DNA from: Planctomycetota bacterium
GTDB lineage: Bacteria > Planctomycetota > PLA2 > JAEUHO01
Direction of reading: 5' to 3'
Assembly (NCBI GenBank): GCA_965223505.1
Contig: CBDCWP010000021.1
Location: forward strand, 64,001 to 128,000
Length of the DNA: 64,000 nucleotides
In this document: positions 10,365 to 19,682 of the stretch, piece after piece
How positions within the stretch are numbered: the stretch's first letter is position 1
How the letters are laid out: every line of letters begins with the position of its first letter
The notes under the pieces: model-generated
Seen by the model: the letters and a program-made list of their open reading frames with translations, nothing else
Told to the model about the DNA's origin: nothing
Databases searched by the model: none
Program-made: the position numbers and the translations under genes

Positions 10365-11783
10365 GTGCGCCTCACGTTCCTGCCAGCCCTGCTGCTCTTC
10401 TTCCACCCCGTGCTCGCCGCCTGCGGCGGCGGCGGCGGTGGCGGCGGCGGCGATCAGATCGCCCCCGCCCAGCTCACCTACGACACGTCCGCAGGTGTGT
10501 ACCGGGTGAGCGAGCTCATCAAACCGAACCAGGCCACTCTGACCGGTGGCGCCGCGACATACTCGGTCGACCCCGCGCTACCGGCGGGGCTCGACCTCGA
10601 CCCGTTGACGGGTGAGATCTCGGGCACGCCGACTGCGGAGGCCGCAGCGACCGACTACACGGTCACGGCGGCGAACGCGGCAGGTTCGACTACGGCGACG
10701 GTGAACATCGTCGTCGGTGCCGCGCTTCCTGCGGCCTTCCTGTCGCTGGCAAGCGGCTTCGTCGCCGAACCGGTCGTCCAGGGCAACACCAAGGTGGCGA
10801 AGATGGCGCTGGCACCGGATGGCCGCATTTTCTTCAACGAGGTCGACGCAGGCGAAGTCCGGGTGATCGATCCGGCCAACGGGCTGCTACCGACGCCGTA
10901 CGCGTCGTTGACGGTCGCTCAAGGCGGTCATCGCGGCTTGCTGGGTCTTGCCCTGGCGCCCGACTTCGCGCAGTCCGGCTTCGTCTACGTGATGGCGACA
11001 GTGCCCGGCCCGAACCTCGGCGACCCCGACCGCAGCGTGGTGTTGCGGTTCACCGACGACCCGGTCAACAACGTCGGCACGAACGGAACGCTGAAGATCG
11101 ACAATCTACCGGCGTCGAACATCAACAACGGCGGCGAGCTGTTGTTCGACTCGCTCGGGCATTTGTGGGTGAGCGTCGGGGACGCCGAGAATCCGGTGAA
11201 TTCGCAGGTCGCTGCGACCGTCTCGCTCGCCGGCAAGATCCTTCGCTACGACGTGTTCGATGCGGCGAATCCGGACGTTCCGGCGACGATCCCGCTCGAC
11301 AACCCTGACCCGCAGAGTCCCGAATGGTGCCGTGGGCTGCGCAACACGTTCGGCCTGGCGATGCACCCCGCGACCGGAGGTCTCTTCGGTGTCGACAACG
11401 GTCCGACGGGGAACGACGAGCTGAATTTCCTCGAGTCCGGCATGAACTTCCAGTGGGGCGCGCAGAACACCACACCACCGGAAGGCACCCGGATCCTGAC
11501 CTATGCGGACGTGATCGTTCCGACCGCGGTGGCCTGGCACACCGGAACGGGTTGGGGCGCGGCGTTCGCGGACAACCTGTTTCTGACAAGCTACGACGAC
11601 CAGGCGATCCGCCGATTCCAGGGAACCGGCCCCAACATGACCCAGCTCGACGACGAGGAGATCTGGGCCGAGTTCGCGTTGCAAGCGGACGACAACAAGC
11701 CGTTGGACGTCGTCATCGACCCCGTGACGGGGAACATGTACATCGCCACCTTCAAGGGCATCTGGCGGATCCGGAAGCTGTAG
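10365..11783 (+). CDS. Lipoprotein with putative Ig (He_PIG) domain + PQQ-dependent sugar dehydrogenase-like (GSDH) beta-propeller (copy 1)
   Basis: Lipobox LAA-C-GGGG, LPAGLDLDPLTGEISGTP (Ig), and APDGRIF, GLLGLALAPDF, GKILR, GLRNTFG, DELN (GSDH). Confidence 0.85.
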   Translation: MRLTFLPALLLFFHPVLAACGGGGGGGGGDQIAPAQLTYDTSAGVYRVSELIKPNQATLTGGAATYSVDPALPAGLDLDPLTGEISGTPTAEAAATDYTVTAANAAGSTTATVNIVVGAALPAAFLSLASGFVAEPVVQGNTKVAKMALAPDGRIFFNEVDAGEVRVIDPANGLLPTPYASLTVAQGGHRGLLGLALAPDFAQSGFVYVMATVPGPNLGDPDRSVVLRFTDDPVNNVGTNGTLKIDNLPASNINNGGELLFDSLGHLWVSVGDAENPVNSQVAATVSLAGKILRYDVFDAANPDVPATIPLDNPDPQSPEWCRGLRNTFGLAMHPATGGLFGVDNGPTGNDELNFLESGMNFQWGAQNTTPPEGTRILTYADVIVPTAVAWHTGTGWGAAFADNLFLTSYDDQAIRRFQGTGPNMTQLDDEEIWAEFALQADDNKPLDVVIDPVTGNMYIATFKGIWRIRKL

Positions 11784-11852
11784 GCCCACCGGTCGTCTCT
11801 ACCCGGAGGGTCTCACCGACGCCTCGCCGTACGTTTCGACGACGGCGGGGCG

Positions 11853-12533
11853 TCACTTCGTGCCGGACATGCCTTGGTCTCGCGCGGCCCGTGCAATCTC
11901 GATGTGATCGGTGATCACCCCGGTCAGATCCCAAGCAAAACACTGTCGGTGCTCAGCGGGAGTGGCGGCGCCATATGTCCAGAGTCGTAGGCCGGCGTAT
12001 CGCGCGTAGTCGACCACCTCGTCGTCTAGGCACCGGTAGTGTGCGACGATCACGTCGATGCCGAGGCCAGTGGCTCGTTCGAGCACGTCGGTACGCGGCG
12101 CGACGTCGAAGAGCCAGCCTGTATCGCAAGGACCGATCGAGCGCATGTCCACCATCGCGGCGTGATGGAACGAGCTGATCAGAACCCGCACCGCAGGTGC
12201 GTGACGCGCCAAGTAGGCGCGAACCACGGGCACGGCATCGGGCGCCTTGATCTCCAGGTTCCAAAGCACGTTGGGCCAACGACGCAGCGCCTCGTCGACT
12301 GCTGCGACTTCGTGGCCCACCGCGACGGAGATCTCGGCACGGGAGGTTCGCTCGACCGGCCGCCCGTCGGGGAGCGTGGCGTCGTGGAACAAGATCGCCT
12401 CTCCGTTCCGGTCGAGGCGAACGTCCGTTTCGACACCCTCCGCACCCGCGCGGAGCGCCGCGTCGAAAGCCTGGACAGTGTTGTCGGGGGGGCCTTGCGC
12501 TACCCGCCCTCGGTGGCTGATGATATGGCCCAC
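11853..12533 (-). CDS. Glycerophosphodiester phosphodiesterase family protein
   Basis: IISHRG, DNTVQAF, GVETDVR, LFHD, NLEIK, ISSF and GVITD. Start taken at GTG 12533. Confidence 0.9.
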   Translation of the reverse strand: MGHIISHRGRVAQGPPDNTVQAFDAALRAGAEGVETDVRLDRNGEAILFHDATLPDGRPVERTSRAEISVAVGHEVAAVDEALRRWPNVLWNLEIKAPDAVPVVRAYLARHAPAVRVLISSFHHAAMVDMRSIGPCDTGWLFDVAPRTDVLERATGLGIDVIVAHYRCLDDEVVDYARYAGLRLWTYGAATPAEHRQCFAWDLTGVITDHIEIARAARDQGMSGTK

Positions 12534-12600
12534 GACTTCGTATGATAATGAGGCGCATGAGAAGTCGGGGGCTCCCGTTGATGGGAGAAGGTAAGTGGTC

Positions 12601-13290
12601 ATGAATTCGGTGTTGGTCGTGGAAGACGAGGCGGTGACGCGCGCGCTCATCACCAGCACCCTTGCCGACTTCGGGTATCAGGTTCTCAGCTCCGACAGCG
12701 GCAAGGAGGGGCTCTGGATCGCGCTCAACAAGGAGCCCGGGCTGGTACTTCTGGACCTCATGCTTCCCGATCTGAGCGGCATCCAGTTCTGCAGCCAGCT
12801 GCGCAACGACCCGCGCACACGCTCGGTGCCGGTGATCATGGTCACATCCCGCGGCGAGGAATCGGACGTCGTCCGCGGACTCGAGGCGGGGGCCGACGAC
12901 TACGTCGTGAAGCCCGTGCGGCCGAGGGAGCTGGTCGCGCGCATTCGCGCCGTGCTGCGGCGCGGGGGCAACGCTGATACGTTCCAGGAGAACGATACGA
13001 TCGTCCACGGCACGATTCAGATCGATCCAACGCGGCACATGCTGGTCGTGGACGGCGAATCCGTACATACGACTGCGACGGAGTTCCGCGTGTTGCATTG
13101 CCTGGCGAGCCACCCCGGACGTGTATTCACGCGCGAACAGCTCTTGCGTTCGGCCTCCCGCCCGGAAGGCGAGATCATCAAGCGGAACGTCGACGTGCAC
13201 GTGCGCGCGTTGCGCCGCAAGCTCGGGAGCCACGCGAGCATCATCGAGACCGTGCACGGCGTCGGCTACCGCTTCCGCGAAGAGGACTGA
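12601..13290 (+). CDS. OmpR/PhoB-family response regulator
   Basis: VLVVEDE, LLDLMLP, GADDYVVKP, and a winged-helix C-terminus (TEFRVL, VDVHVRALRRKL, IETVHGVGYRF). Confidence 0.95.
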   Translation: MNSVLVVEDEAVTRALITSTLADFGYQVLSSDSGKEGLWIALNKEPGLVLLDLMLPDLSGIQFCSQLRNDPRTRSVPVIMVTSRGEESDVVRGLEAGADDYVVKPVRPRELVARIRAVLRRGGNADTFQENDTIVHGTIQIDPTRHMLVVDGESVHTTATEFRVLHCLASHPGRVFTREQLLRSASRPEGEIIKRNVDVHVRALRRKLGSHASIIETVHGVGYRFREED

Positions 13291-13329
13291 CCCCGCGCAG
13301 GATCGGCTCGTTCGGTATGATTCCGCGCC

Positions 13330-14727
13330 GTGAGTCGCGAAGCCGTCATCCTCGTCACGTTGGTCGTCTATCAGGTGATCCTGCTCGGCATCGCGGTCAT
13401 GGCGCACGGACGCAACCGCTCCGGCAGGGACTTCTTCCTCGCCGGCAAGAAGCTCGGTCCCGTCGTTGCGTCAGTCAGCGCGTCAGCCAGTTCGTCTTCC
13501 GCATGGACCCTCATGGGCGTGAGCGGCGCGGCGTATGCCGACGGTGTATCGGCACTGTGGCTGTTTCCCGCGTGCGTCGGCGGCTTCCTGTTGAACTGGT
13601 GCGTCCTCGCACCGGCGTTGCAGCGCTTCAGCCACGGCAACGACGCCATCACGGTCACGGACGTGTTGGCCGGCACGGGGGAGAGTCGTTCCCGGGGCGT
13701 CGCGTGGCTCGCGTCATTGATCGTCCTGATCTCGCTGAGCGCCTATGTGGCCTCGCAGTATCAGGCGGCCGGCAAGACGTTTAGTGAGACGTTCGACCTC
13801 TCGCTCGAGGGCAGCATCATCATCGGGGCCGGGGTCGTGTTGCTGTACACGCTCCATGGCGGTTTCTGGGCCGTGAGTCTGACGGACACACTGCAGGGAC
13901 TCGTCATGGCCGCCACGGCGGTGATCCTGCCTGTCGCGGCGCTGATCGAGGTAGGAGGCCTGGCGGCCATCGACTGGTCCGGTGGGGAGCCGCGGCCCGT
14001 CAGCATCGCCGTCGGCGCAACGCTGGGGCTCCTCGGCATCGGCCTCGGATACCCCGGCCAGCCGCACGTGGTCAACCGCTTCATGGCGCTGGAGAACTCG
14101 GCGAACGCAATGAAGCAGGCACGTCGAGTGGCGGTCGGGTGGGCCGTGATCGTGTACGCGGGCATGCTCCTGCTGGGTCTGTGCGGACGCGCTCTGATGC
14201 CCTCGCTGGGAGACAACGAGAGCATCTTCATCGCGGCGACGCTGAAGCTCTTTCCACCCGCCGTGGCCGGCATGATGCTCGCCGCCGTACTGTCAGCCGT
14301 CATGTCGACGGCAGACAGTCAGCTTCTCGTCGCTTCGTCGGCCGTCACACACGACATGGGGCTCGGCGGGTCGACGTCACGCCGCATGCTGGTGCGGTCG
14401 CGCATCACCGTCGCCGTCCTCGGCTCGGCGGCATGCGTCGCGGCGATCTACCTGGAGAAGAGGATCTTCTCCAACGTGTTGTTCGGTTGGTACGCCATGG
14501 GTGCCGCATTCGGGCCGCTGCTGCTAACGATGATCGTTGGGCAACGGACGCTCACGCGCAGGAACGTGTTCATCGTCATGGCGACCGGCTTCGCGACGAG
14601 CGTGACGGGCTTCTGGGGATGGCCGGGTGTGCTGGAGGGACCGGCGTACAAGTTCCTGCGCGCGGGTCTGGTGTCGTTCGGGATCGCATTCGGGCTTGCG
14701 ATGTTGCTGTCGAAGCGGCGGGCGTGA
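13330..14727 (+). CDS. putP: Sodium/proline symporter (SSS family)
   Basis: DFFLAGKKLG, SAWTLMG, GGFWAVSLTDTLQG, GLGYPGQPHVVNRFMA, AVMSTADSQLL and GAAFGP. Confidence 0.85.
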   Translation: MSREAVILVTLVVYQVILLGIAVMAHGRNRSGRDFFLAGKKLGPVVASVSASASSSSAWTLMGVSGAAYADGVSALWLFPACVGGFLLNWCVLAPALQRFSHGNDAITVTDVLAGTGESRSRGVAWLASLIVLISLSAYVASQYQAAGKTFSETFDLSLEGSIIIGAGVVLLYTLHGGFWAVSLTDTLQGLVMAATAVILPVAALIEVGGLAAIDWSGGEPRPVSIAVGATLGLLGIGLGYPGQPHVVNRFMALENSANAMKQARRVAVGWAVIVYAGMLLLGLCGRALMPSLGDNESIFIAATLKLFPPAVAGMMLAAVLSAVMSTADSQLLVASSAVTHDMGLGGSTSRRMLVRSRITVAVLGSAACVAAIYLEKRIFSNVLFGWYAMGAAFGPLLLTMIVGQRTLTRRNVFIVMATGFATSVTGFWGWPGVLEGPAYKFLRAGLVSFGIAFGLAMLLSKRRA

Positions 14728-15760
14728 CCGGCGGAAAACGTCCGGCCGCGCAAAACGGCGGCGCGCGCTCCCGAACGACGCCTGATCCGTTCGATCCAGC
14801 CGTGCCGTTCGAGTCGCTCGCGGCGCTCGATCCGTTTCCGGCCCCCTGAGCGGCGTTGATGTCCTCCCGGATGCGCGCCGTCTGAGGCACTCCCCGCGAG
14901 AGCGGCCACCCAATGCGTCCTGCGTCGTACAGCACGTGGTGGCGCCTGCAGAGAAGGCCAAGGTCGTCGATCTCACGGCCACTGCCGCTCCGGTGCGGCG
15001 TGCGGTGCGCGAGCTCGAGACCCAGTCGATGGTCGCAGGTCGGCACTTCGCAGGTCCCGTTCGCCCGGACGTAGATCGCCCGTTGGACCTGAGCCGGGAC
15101 GTAGCGACTTCTCGGCACTGCGCTCGTATCACCCACACGCCGCGTGCCGCCCTTCTTTCGCAACGGGTCGTTCTCGTCGAGGTAGAAATTCACGACGCGC
15201 GTGAATGTCTGCCCGTCGGTGAGGAACGTTCCGGCCTTCTGTGATGCGACATCGCGCGCGCGTTCGAAGTCCTCCCTCGCCTTCGAGGTGATGTGAACGC
15301 TGATTTGCTCGATGCCGATCTCGCCCTGGGCGTGTTGCTCGAAGCGCTTCTTGACCTTGCGCCGGAGCATTCGGATGGGATTCGAGGCCGCGGCAAGAAG
15401 CCAGTCGTCGCCCGGACGGATGATCTCCGGGCGTGCAAACACGCGCCCGATGACGGCAGCCGCCTCGACGCTGATCTTCCCGCTTCGAATGCGTGGTTCG
15501 GCCTCGGGCGCGACGGCGAGTGTCTTGCCGAGATTGCTGAGCGTGCGGACCTCAGCGGCGCTGAGCCCGAGCTTGACGCCGTACTCGACCACCGACGCGC
15601 AGCCCGAGAACACGAAGTGCGCGTTCTCGTCGATCTTCGCCAGGTCGCGCGCCAACCGGAGCTGAAGCTCGCGCAGCGCGGCAACGTCGCCGGCGACTCG
15701 ATCGTCGACGCCGGGGATCCGGTTGGCGTCGATGCTGCGCTTGTCGGCTCGGATTCGCAT
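14576..15760 (-). CDS. HNH endonuclease with DUF222-like N-terminal region
   Basis: SRYVPAQVQRAIYVRANGTCEVPTC...LAHRTPH...LLCRRHH. The low-complexity C-terminal tail overlaps the 3' end of putP. Confidence 0.75.
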   Translation of the reverse strand: MRIRADKRSIDANRIPGVDDRVAGDVAALRELQLRLARDLAKIDENAHFVFSGCASVVEYGVKLGLSAAEVRTLSNLGKTLAVAPEAEPRIRSGKISVEAAAVIGRVFARPEIIRPGDDWLLAAASNPIRMLRRKVKKRFEQHAQGEIGIEQISVHITSKAREDFERARDVASQKAGTFLTDGQTFTRVVNFYLDENDPLRKKGGTRRVGDTSAVPRSRYVPAQVQRAIYVRANGTCEVPTCDHRLGLELAHRTPHRSGSGREIDDLGLLCRRHHVLYDAGRIGWPLSRGVPQTARIREDINAAQGAGNGSSAASDSNGTAGSNGSGVVRERAPPFCAAGRFPPVTPAASTATSQARMRSRTTPDPRAGTCTPVPPAHPAIPRSPSRSSRSRSP

Positions 15761-15769
15761 GAGAACAAA

Positions 15770-15790
15770 ATACTAACAACTGGCACCGAC
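15770..15790 (-). promoter_or_regulatory. Possible DNA-damage-type promoter motif (GTCGGTG-N8-TAGTAT) just upstream of the HNH gene
   Basis: The minus strand reads GTCGGTG CCAGTTGT TAGTAT TTTGTTCTC ATG. This is an AT-rich patch with no Shine-Dalgarno. Confidence 0.3.
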
Positions 15791-15866
15791 GGTCCTCAAA
15801 GCCCAGCAATCTGCGGATTGGAGGCGTGCATCGATGCCGACGCGACCGGATTCGACCCTGCCCGCC

Positions 15867-17309
15867 CTACACCCGCAACGCCTCGACGTCGTCGATCTCC
15901 TTCGCCAGCGCTGAGCTGAGCACCTCCGGGTCCCCGTCGGTCACGAGAACGTCGTCCTCGATGCGGAATCCCCCGACCGGCAAGAGGGACTCGGCGCGGC
16001 GCCAGTCGACCGCATCGTGATGATCCGCGCGCAACTTCTCGTCATTGAGCAACGCATCGATGAAGTAGATGCCCGGCTCGATCGTCACGACGACGCCCGG
16101 CTCGAGCGGCAGGTCGGTTCGCAGGAATTTCAGCCCGGGGCGTTCACTTCGCTCGCGACCTTCCAGGTAGCCGCCCACGTCATGCGTGCCCAGGCCGATC
16201 AGATGCCCGATGCCGTGTGGAAAGAACAACGCGGGCGTGTCCCGCTCGACCAGGGCGTCCGGACTGCCGCGCAGGAGACCGAAATCGACCAGGCCGCGCG
16301 CGATCCCGGTGTAGGCCTCGAGATGAAGCTCGCGGTACTCGACGCCGGACCGCGCGCCGGCGACGGCCCTCTTCTGGACGTCGAGCAAGATGGAATAGAG
16401 GTCGCGCTGCTCGGCCGTGAAGCGTTTTCCTACGGGATAGGTGCGCGTGACGTCGCTGTCGTAGCCGGCGACCTCCGCTGCCGCATCGACCAGAACCAGC
16501 TCGCCGTCTTGCATGACGCGGGCGGTAGGTGCGGCATGCAGCACCGCGGCGTTCGGTCCGCTCGCCACGATCGACGCATAGGCGCACCGCTCGGCGCCCG
16601 CTCGCATGAACCCCGTCTCGATCTCGACTTGCAGCGCACGCTCCGTCAGGCCCGGTGCTGCCATGCGCATTCCGCGTTCATGGCCGTCACACGACGCCGC
16701 CGCCGCGACGCGCATGAACGCGAGCTCGACCTCGTCCTTCGTCCGTCGCTGCGCGTGCAAGCGCTTCTCGAGCGCCAGGTTGGCGTCGGCGTCGATCGCG
16801 AACGACTGAACGATGCCCGGGTGGATCGCATAGGCGGCCGGCCGGTCGAGCAGATCGGCGTTGCCGAGCAACGCGCTGGGCCGCTCCGTTCGTTGCGCGA
16901 GCCACGCCTCGAGCTCGTCGAGGGGAAACACGGCGCTCAGACCGCACGTCTCGCCAACCGCGTCGAGCGACTCGGCACCGCCATGCCAGACAATGTCGTT
17001 CTTCGAAGGCACCGGAACGAACAATGACCAGCCGTCGTCCGCGCCGTCATCGCGGGGGTCGAAGACGAGCACGCCGCGCGGCCGTCGCGAGCCGCTCAGG
17101 TAGTAGTGGTCGTCGTGCGCTCGGAACGCGTAGTGCTGGTCCGTTCCATCCACGACGATCTCGGAACCGGCCGGAACGAGCACGAAGCCGTCACCCCATT
17201 CATGCTCGTCTGACATGAACGCCGAGCGAACTTCGGCACGTCGCGCGACGAAGGCGCTGCGCACGCGATTTGCAGTCGGGATCTCGAGTCGTTGCTGTGT
17301 CGCCGGCAT
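15867..17309 (-). CDS. pepP: Xaa-Pro aminopeptidase (M24B)
   Basis: IVASGPNAAVLH, LVDAAAE, YDSDVTRT, HGIGHLIGLGTHDVG, TIEPGIYF and GFRIEDDVLVT. Confidence 0.9.
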   Translation of the reverse strand: MPATQQRLEIPTANRVRSAFVARRAEVRSAFMSDEHEWGDGFVLVPAGSEIVVDGTDQHYAFRAHDDHYYLSGSRRPRGVLVFDPRDDGADDGWSLFVPVPSKNDIVWHGGAESLDAVGETCGLSAVFPLDELEAWLAQRTERPSALLGNADLLDRPAAYAIHPGIVQSFAIDADANLALEKRLHAQRRTKDEVELAFMRVAAAASCDGHERGMRMAAPGLTERALQVEIETGFMRAGAERCAYASIVASGPNAAVLHAAPTARVMQDGELVLVDAAAEVAGYDSDVTRTYPVGKRFTAEQRDLYSILLDVQKRAVAGARSGVEYRELHLEAYTGIARGLVDFGLLRGSPDALVERDTPALFFPHGIGHLIGLGTHDVGGYLEGRERSERPGLKFLRTDLPLEPGVVVTIEPGIYFIDALLNDEKLRADHHDAVDWRRAESLLPVGGFRIEDDVLVTDGDPEVLSSALAKEIDDVEALRV

Positions 17310-17445
17310 GTCTTGGGTGTCCCGCGCGGGATATCGAACAGTGCCACTAGCACAACCCACCCAGAGGTCCACTGCAATACGAAGTAAAGCGATTCTGACG
17401 GACGCTCGGCGCGTTTTACCGAAAAGCTGTCCGCTACTGCACGAA

Positions 17446-17747
17446 GGTCCCTATACCCAGGCAGTGTCTCGCCTCGGATGCAGGGTCGGACGAGACACGG
17501 CAGGAACCCGGCTCCGTCAAGGGGGTTTGAGTGCCTGTCAATCGGTTCGAATACAGATACAGGTGGGACCGACGGCACCCTGGTGTCGATAGACCTGGAG
17601 GTTTCGTGCCTCTTCGCGGCCGGCGGCCTCGAAACGCGCGCAGCCGCCCAATCTCAGGTCGTCGACGGGCGTCTCGCGGAGGGCATCCTCCCGCTGCGCA
17701 AGCCGGGCAGTTCGCTCGGGTGTTCTGGATTCGTTCGTACGACACCC
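17446..17747 (+). promoter_or_regulatory. Putative structured leader upstream of DUF1800 operon 2
   Basis: Nested pairings GGTCCC/GGGACC, CAGGCA/TGCCTG, GTGTCTCG/CGAGACAC and AACCC/GGGTT, a hairpin at ~17585-17666, and GGGTGT/ACACCC just before the RBS. Confidence 0.3.
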
Positions 17748-17770
17748 TGATCTCGAACGGAGGCCACCCA

Positions 17771-19657
17771 ATGCGCACGGCGTCATGGCATGGGTCGATT
17801 CCCAAGAGCGCCGGAGGCCGCGCGCCTCACCCGCTCGTCTTTCTCGCACTCTTCTTCGCCGCGCTCGCGCTTCCGGCGTGCGGTGGCGGCGGCGGCACCG
17901 CCGACCCAGGTGCGACCGTCCCGCCGTCGAACCTCGTGTACGACGACGGCAATCCGCTCTACCGCACCGACGCGCCGATCACGCCCAACTCGCCGACGGT
18001 GGACGGAGGCGCGGTCACGCTCTATACCTGCACGCCCGCCCTTCCGGCCGGACTCTCGATCGACCCGTCAACGGGCGTGATCTCGGGTACGCCGTTGGCA
18101 CCTTCGGCGGCCGCCCCGCACACCGTCGAAGCATCGAACGCCGGTGGCTCGACCCAGTCCGTCGTCGTGATCGAGGTCAAGTGGGCCTTGTTCAAGTCGA
18201 TCGAGCCCCAGCAAGGTCTCTCCGACGCGGACATCCGGTACTTCCTCGACCGCACGCACTTCGGGTTCAACGACGCGAAGTACGCGGACATCAACGTCAA
18301 GGGCATGAGCACGTACCTGGACGACGAGCTCGCCGCCATCGGTCCGACGCCGGCGCTCGAAGCGGAAGCCGAAGGGTTCGTCGAGGACACGGACTTCCCG
18401 TCGTTCACGGAGCTCGCACTCTATTGGCTGCACATGCTGCAGCGCACCCCCAATCCGCTCCAGGAGTCGATCGCCCTGCACTGGCACGATCACTTCGCGT
18501 GCTCTTCGGACGTCCTGAGCGAGGCCAGCACCTACTGGTTCTTCGACCACATCAATCTATGGCGTCACAACGGGGCCGGCAACCTGCGTGACCTCATCCT
18601 CGCGATGGCGCGTGACTGGTCGATGCTCGAGTACCTCGACGGCCGCGACAGCACCGCCGCGGCGCCCAACGAGAACTTCGGCCGCGAATACCTGGAGCTC
18701 TACTGCAACGGCGCGGACGAGGGCTACGACCAAGCCGACATCGTCGCGGCCGCGGCGCTGTTCAGCGGCTACCGGCGCGTGTTCAATCCCGGCACCCAGC
18801 AGTTCGACATCGTGTGGAATCCCAACTTCCACAACGCGAATGACCAGACGTTCCTCGGCGTGTTCTTCCCCGGCGTTTCGAGCCAACCGCAGGACGAGTA
18901 CGCACAGGTCGTCGACGTTACGCTGGCGCACAAGCCGCAGGGGGACACGATCGGCTACACGTCGCGTTGGATCGTGAAGCAGATCCTGCGCCGCTACTGC
19001 ATGGAGAACCCCGATCAGGTTCTCATCGACCAGCTCGCAACGGTGCTCGAAAACGCCAACTGGGAGCTGACGCCGCTGTTCAAGACGCTGTTCCTCTCGG
19101 AGGCGTTCTACTCGAGCCAGGCCAAGGCCGGCTTCGTGAAGACACCCACCGAGCACATGCTCGGCTTCATCCACTCGACGGGCCTGGTCGTTCAGATTCA
19201 GCGTGGCAACCTCGGCTTCGGGGACGGCGGTCAGCTGGGTCTCGACAACGTTCTCGCGAACCTGTCGAACCGGATGACGCAGCCTCCGGTCGTGGCCGGC
19301 TGGCCCGAGGGTACGTCATGGTTCTCCGCACAGGGCATGGTGGACCGCGCCAACGCACTCGAGTTCATCATCGGTGAGCAACGCGGCTTCCAGGCGAACG
19401 AAGGGGTGGACCTCACGACGCTGCTCACCAACGGCACGACCTCGACGACGACGCAAACTGTCGACGACATCGAGCTGCGCTTCGGCATCACGCTGACACC
19501 CTCCGAGCAGACCAGGTTGGAGGAGTATCTCGACACGGACGAGGTCGGCAGCCTCACGAACGACCCATGGGACGCGTCGAATCCTACGCACATCGACGAG
19601 CGGCTGCGTGGGCTGCTCTACGTCATGGGCCAACATCCCCAGTACCTGCTTCGGTAG
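17771..19657 (+). CDS. DUF1800-family lipoprotein with N-terminal Ig (He_PIG) domain (copy 2)
   Basis: GGAGG RBS, LPA-C-GGGGG, LPAGLSIDPSTGVISGTP, RTHFG, HWHDHFA, PNENFGREYLEL, KTPTEH and QPPVVAGW. Confidence 0.9.
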   Translation: MRTASWHGSIPKSAGGRAPHPLVFLALFFAALALPACGGGGGTADPGATVPPSNLVYDDGNPLYRTDAPITPNSPTVDGGAVTLYTCTPALPAGLSIDPSTGVISGTPLAPSAAAPHTVEASNAGGSTQSVVVIEVKWALFKSIEPQQGLSDADIRYFLDRTHFGFNDAKYADINVKGMSTYLDDELAAIGPTPALEAEAEGFVEDTDFPSFTELALYWLHMLQRTPNPLQESIALHWHDHFACSSDVLSEASTYWFFDHINLWRHNGAGNLRDLILAMARDWSMLEYLDGRDSTAAAPNENFGREYLELYCNGADEGYDQADIVAAAALFSGYRRVFNPGTQQFDIVWNPNFHNANDQTFLGVFFPGVSSQPQDEYAQVVDVTLAHKPQGDTIGYTSRWIVKQILRRYCMENPDQVLIDQLATVLENANWELTPLFKTLFLSEAFYSSQAKAGFVKTPTEHMLGFIHSTGLVVQIQRGNLGFGDGGQLGLDNVLANLSNRMTQPPVVAGWPEGTSWFSAQGMVDRANALEFIIGEQRGFQANEGVDLTTLLTNGTTSTTTQTVDDIELRFGITLTPSEQTRLEEYLDTDEVGSLTNDPWDASNPTHIDERLRGLLYVMGQHPQYLLR

Positions 19658-19682
19658 GCGCGCAACAAGAAAGGCAAGACTC

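Noticed and set aside
12601..13290. Calling the response regulator phoB and pairing it with the hybrid kinase at 25812-28616
   Set aside because: There is no adjacent phoR/pst gene or recognisable pho box, and no evidence links it to the distant kinase.
14576..15760. HNH gene as an IS or other mobile element
   Set aside because: No terminal inverted repeats, target duplication or transposase motifs are visible.
17495..17660. c-di-AMP (ydaO) or glycine riboswitch
   Set aside because: Only fragments resemble them (GGAACC...GGGG; CGAAGG; TCTCAGG). The remaining conserved segments and their order are missing, so I kept it as an unassigned structured leader.
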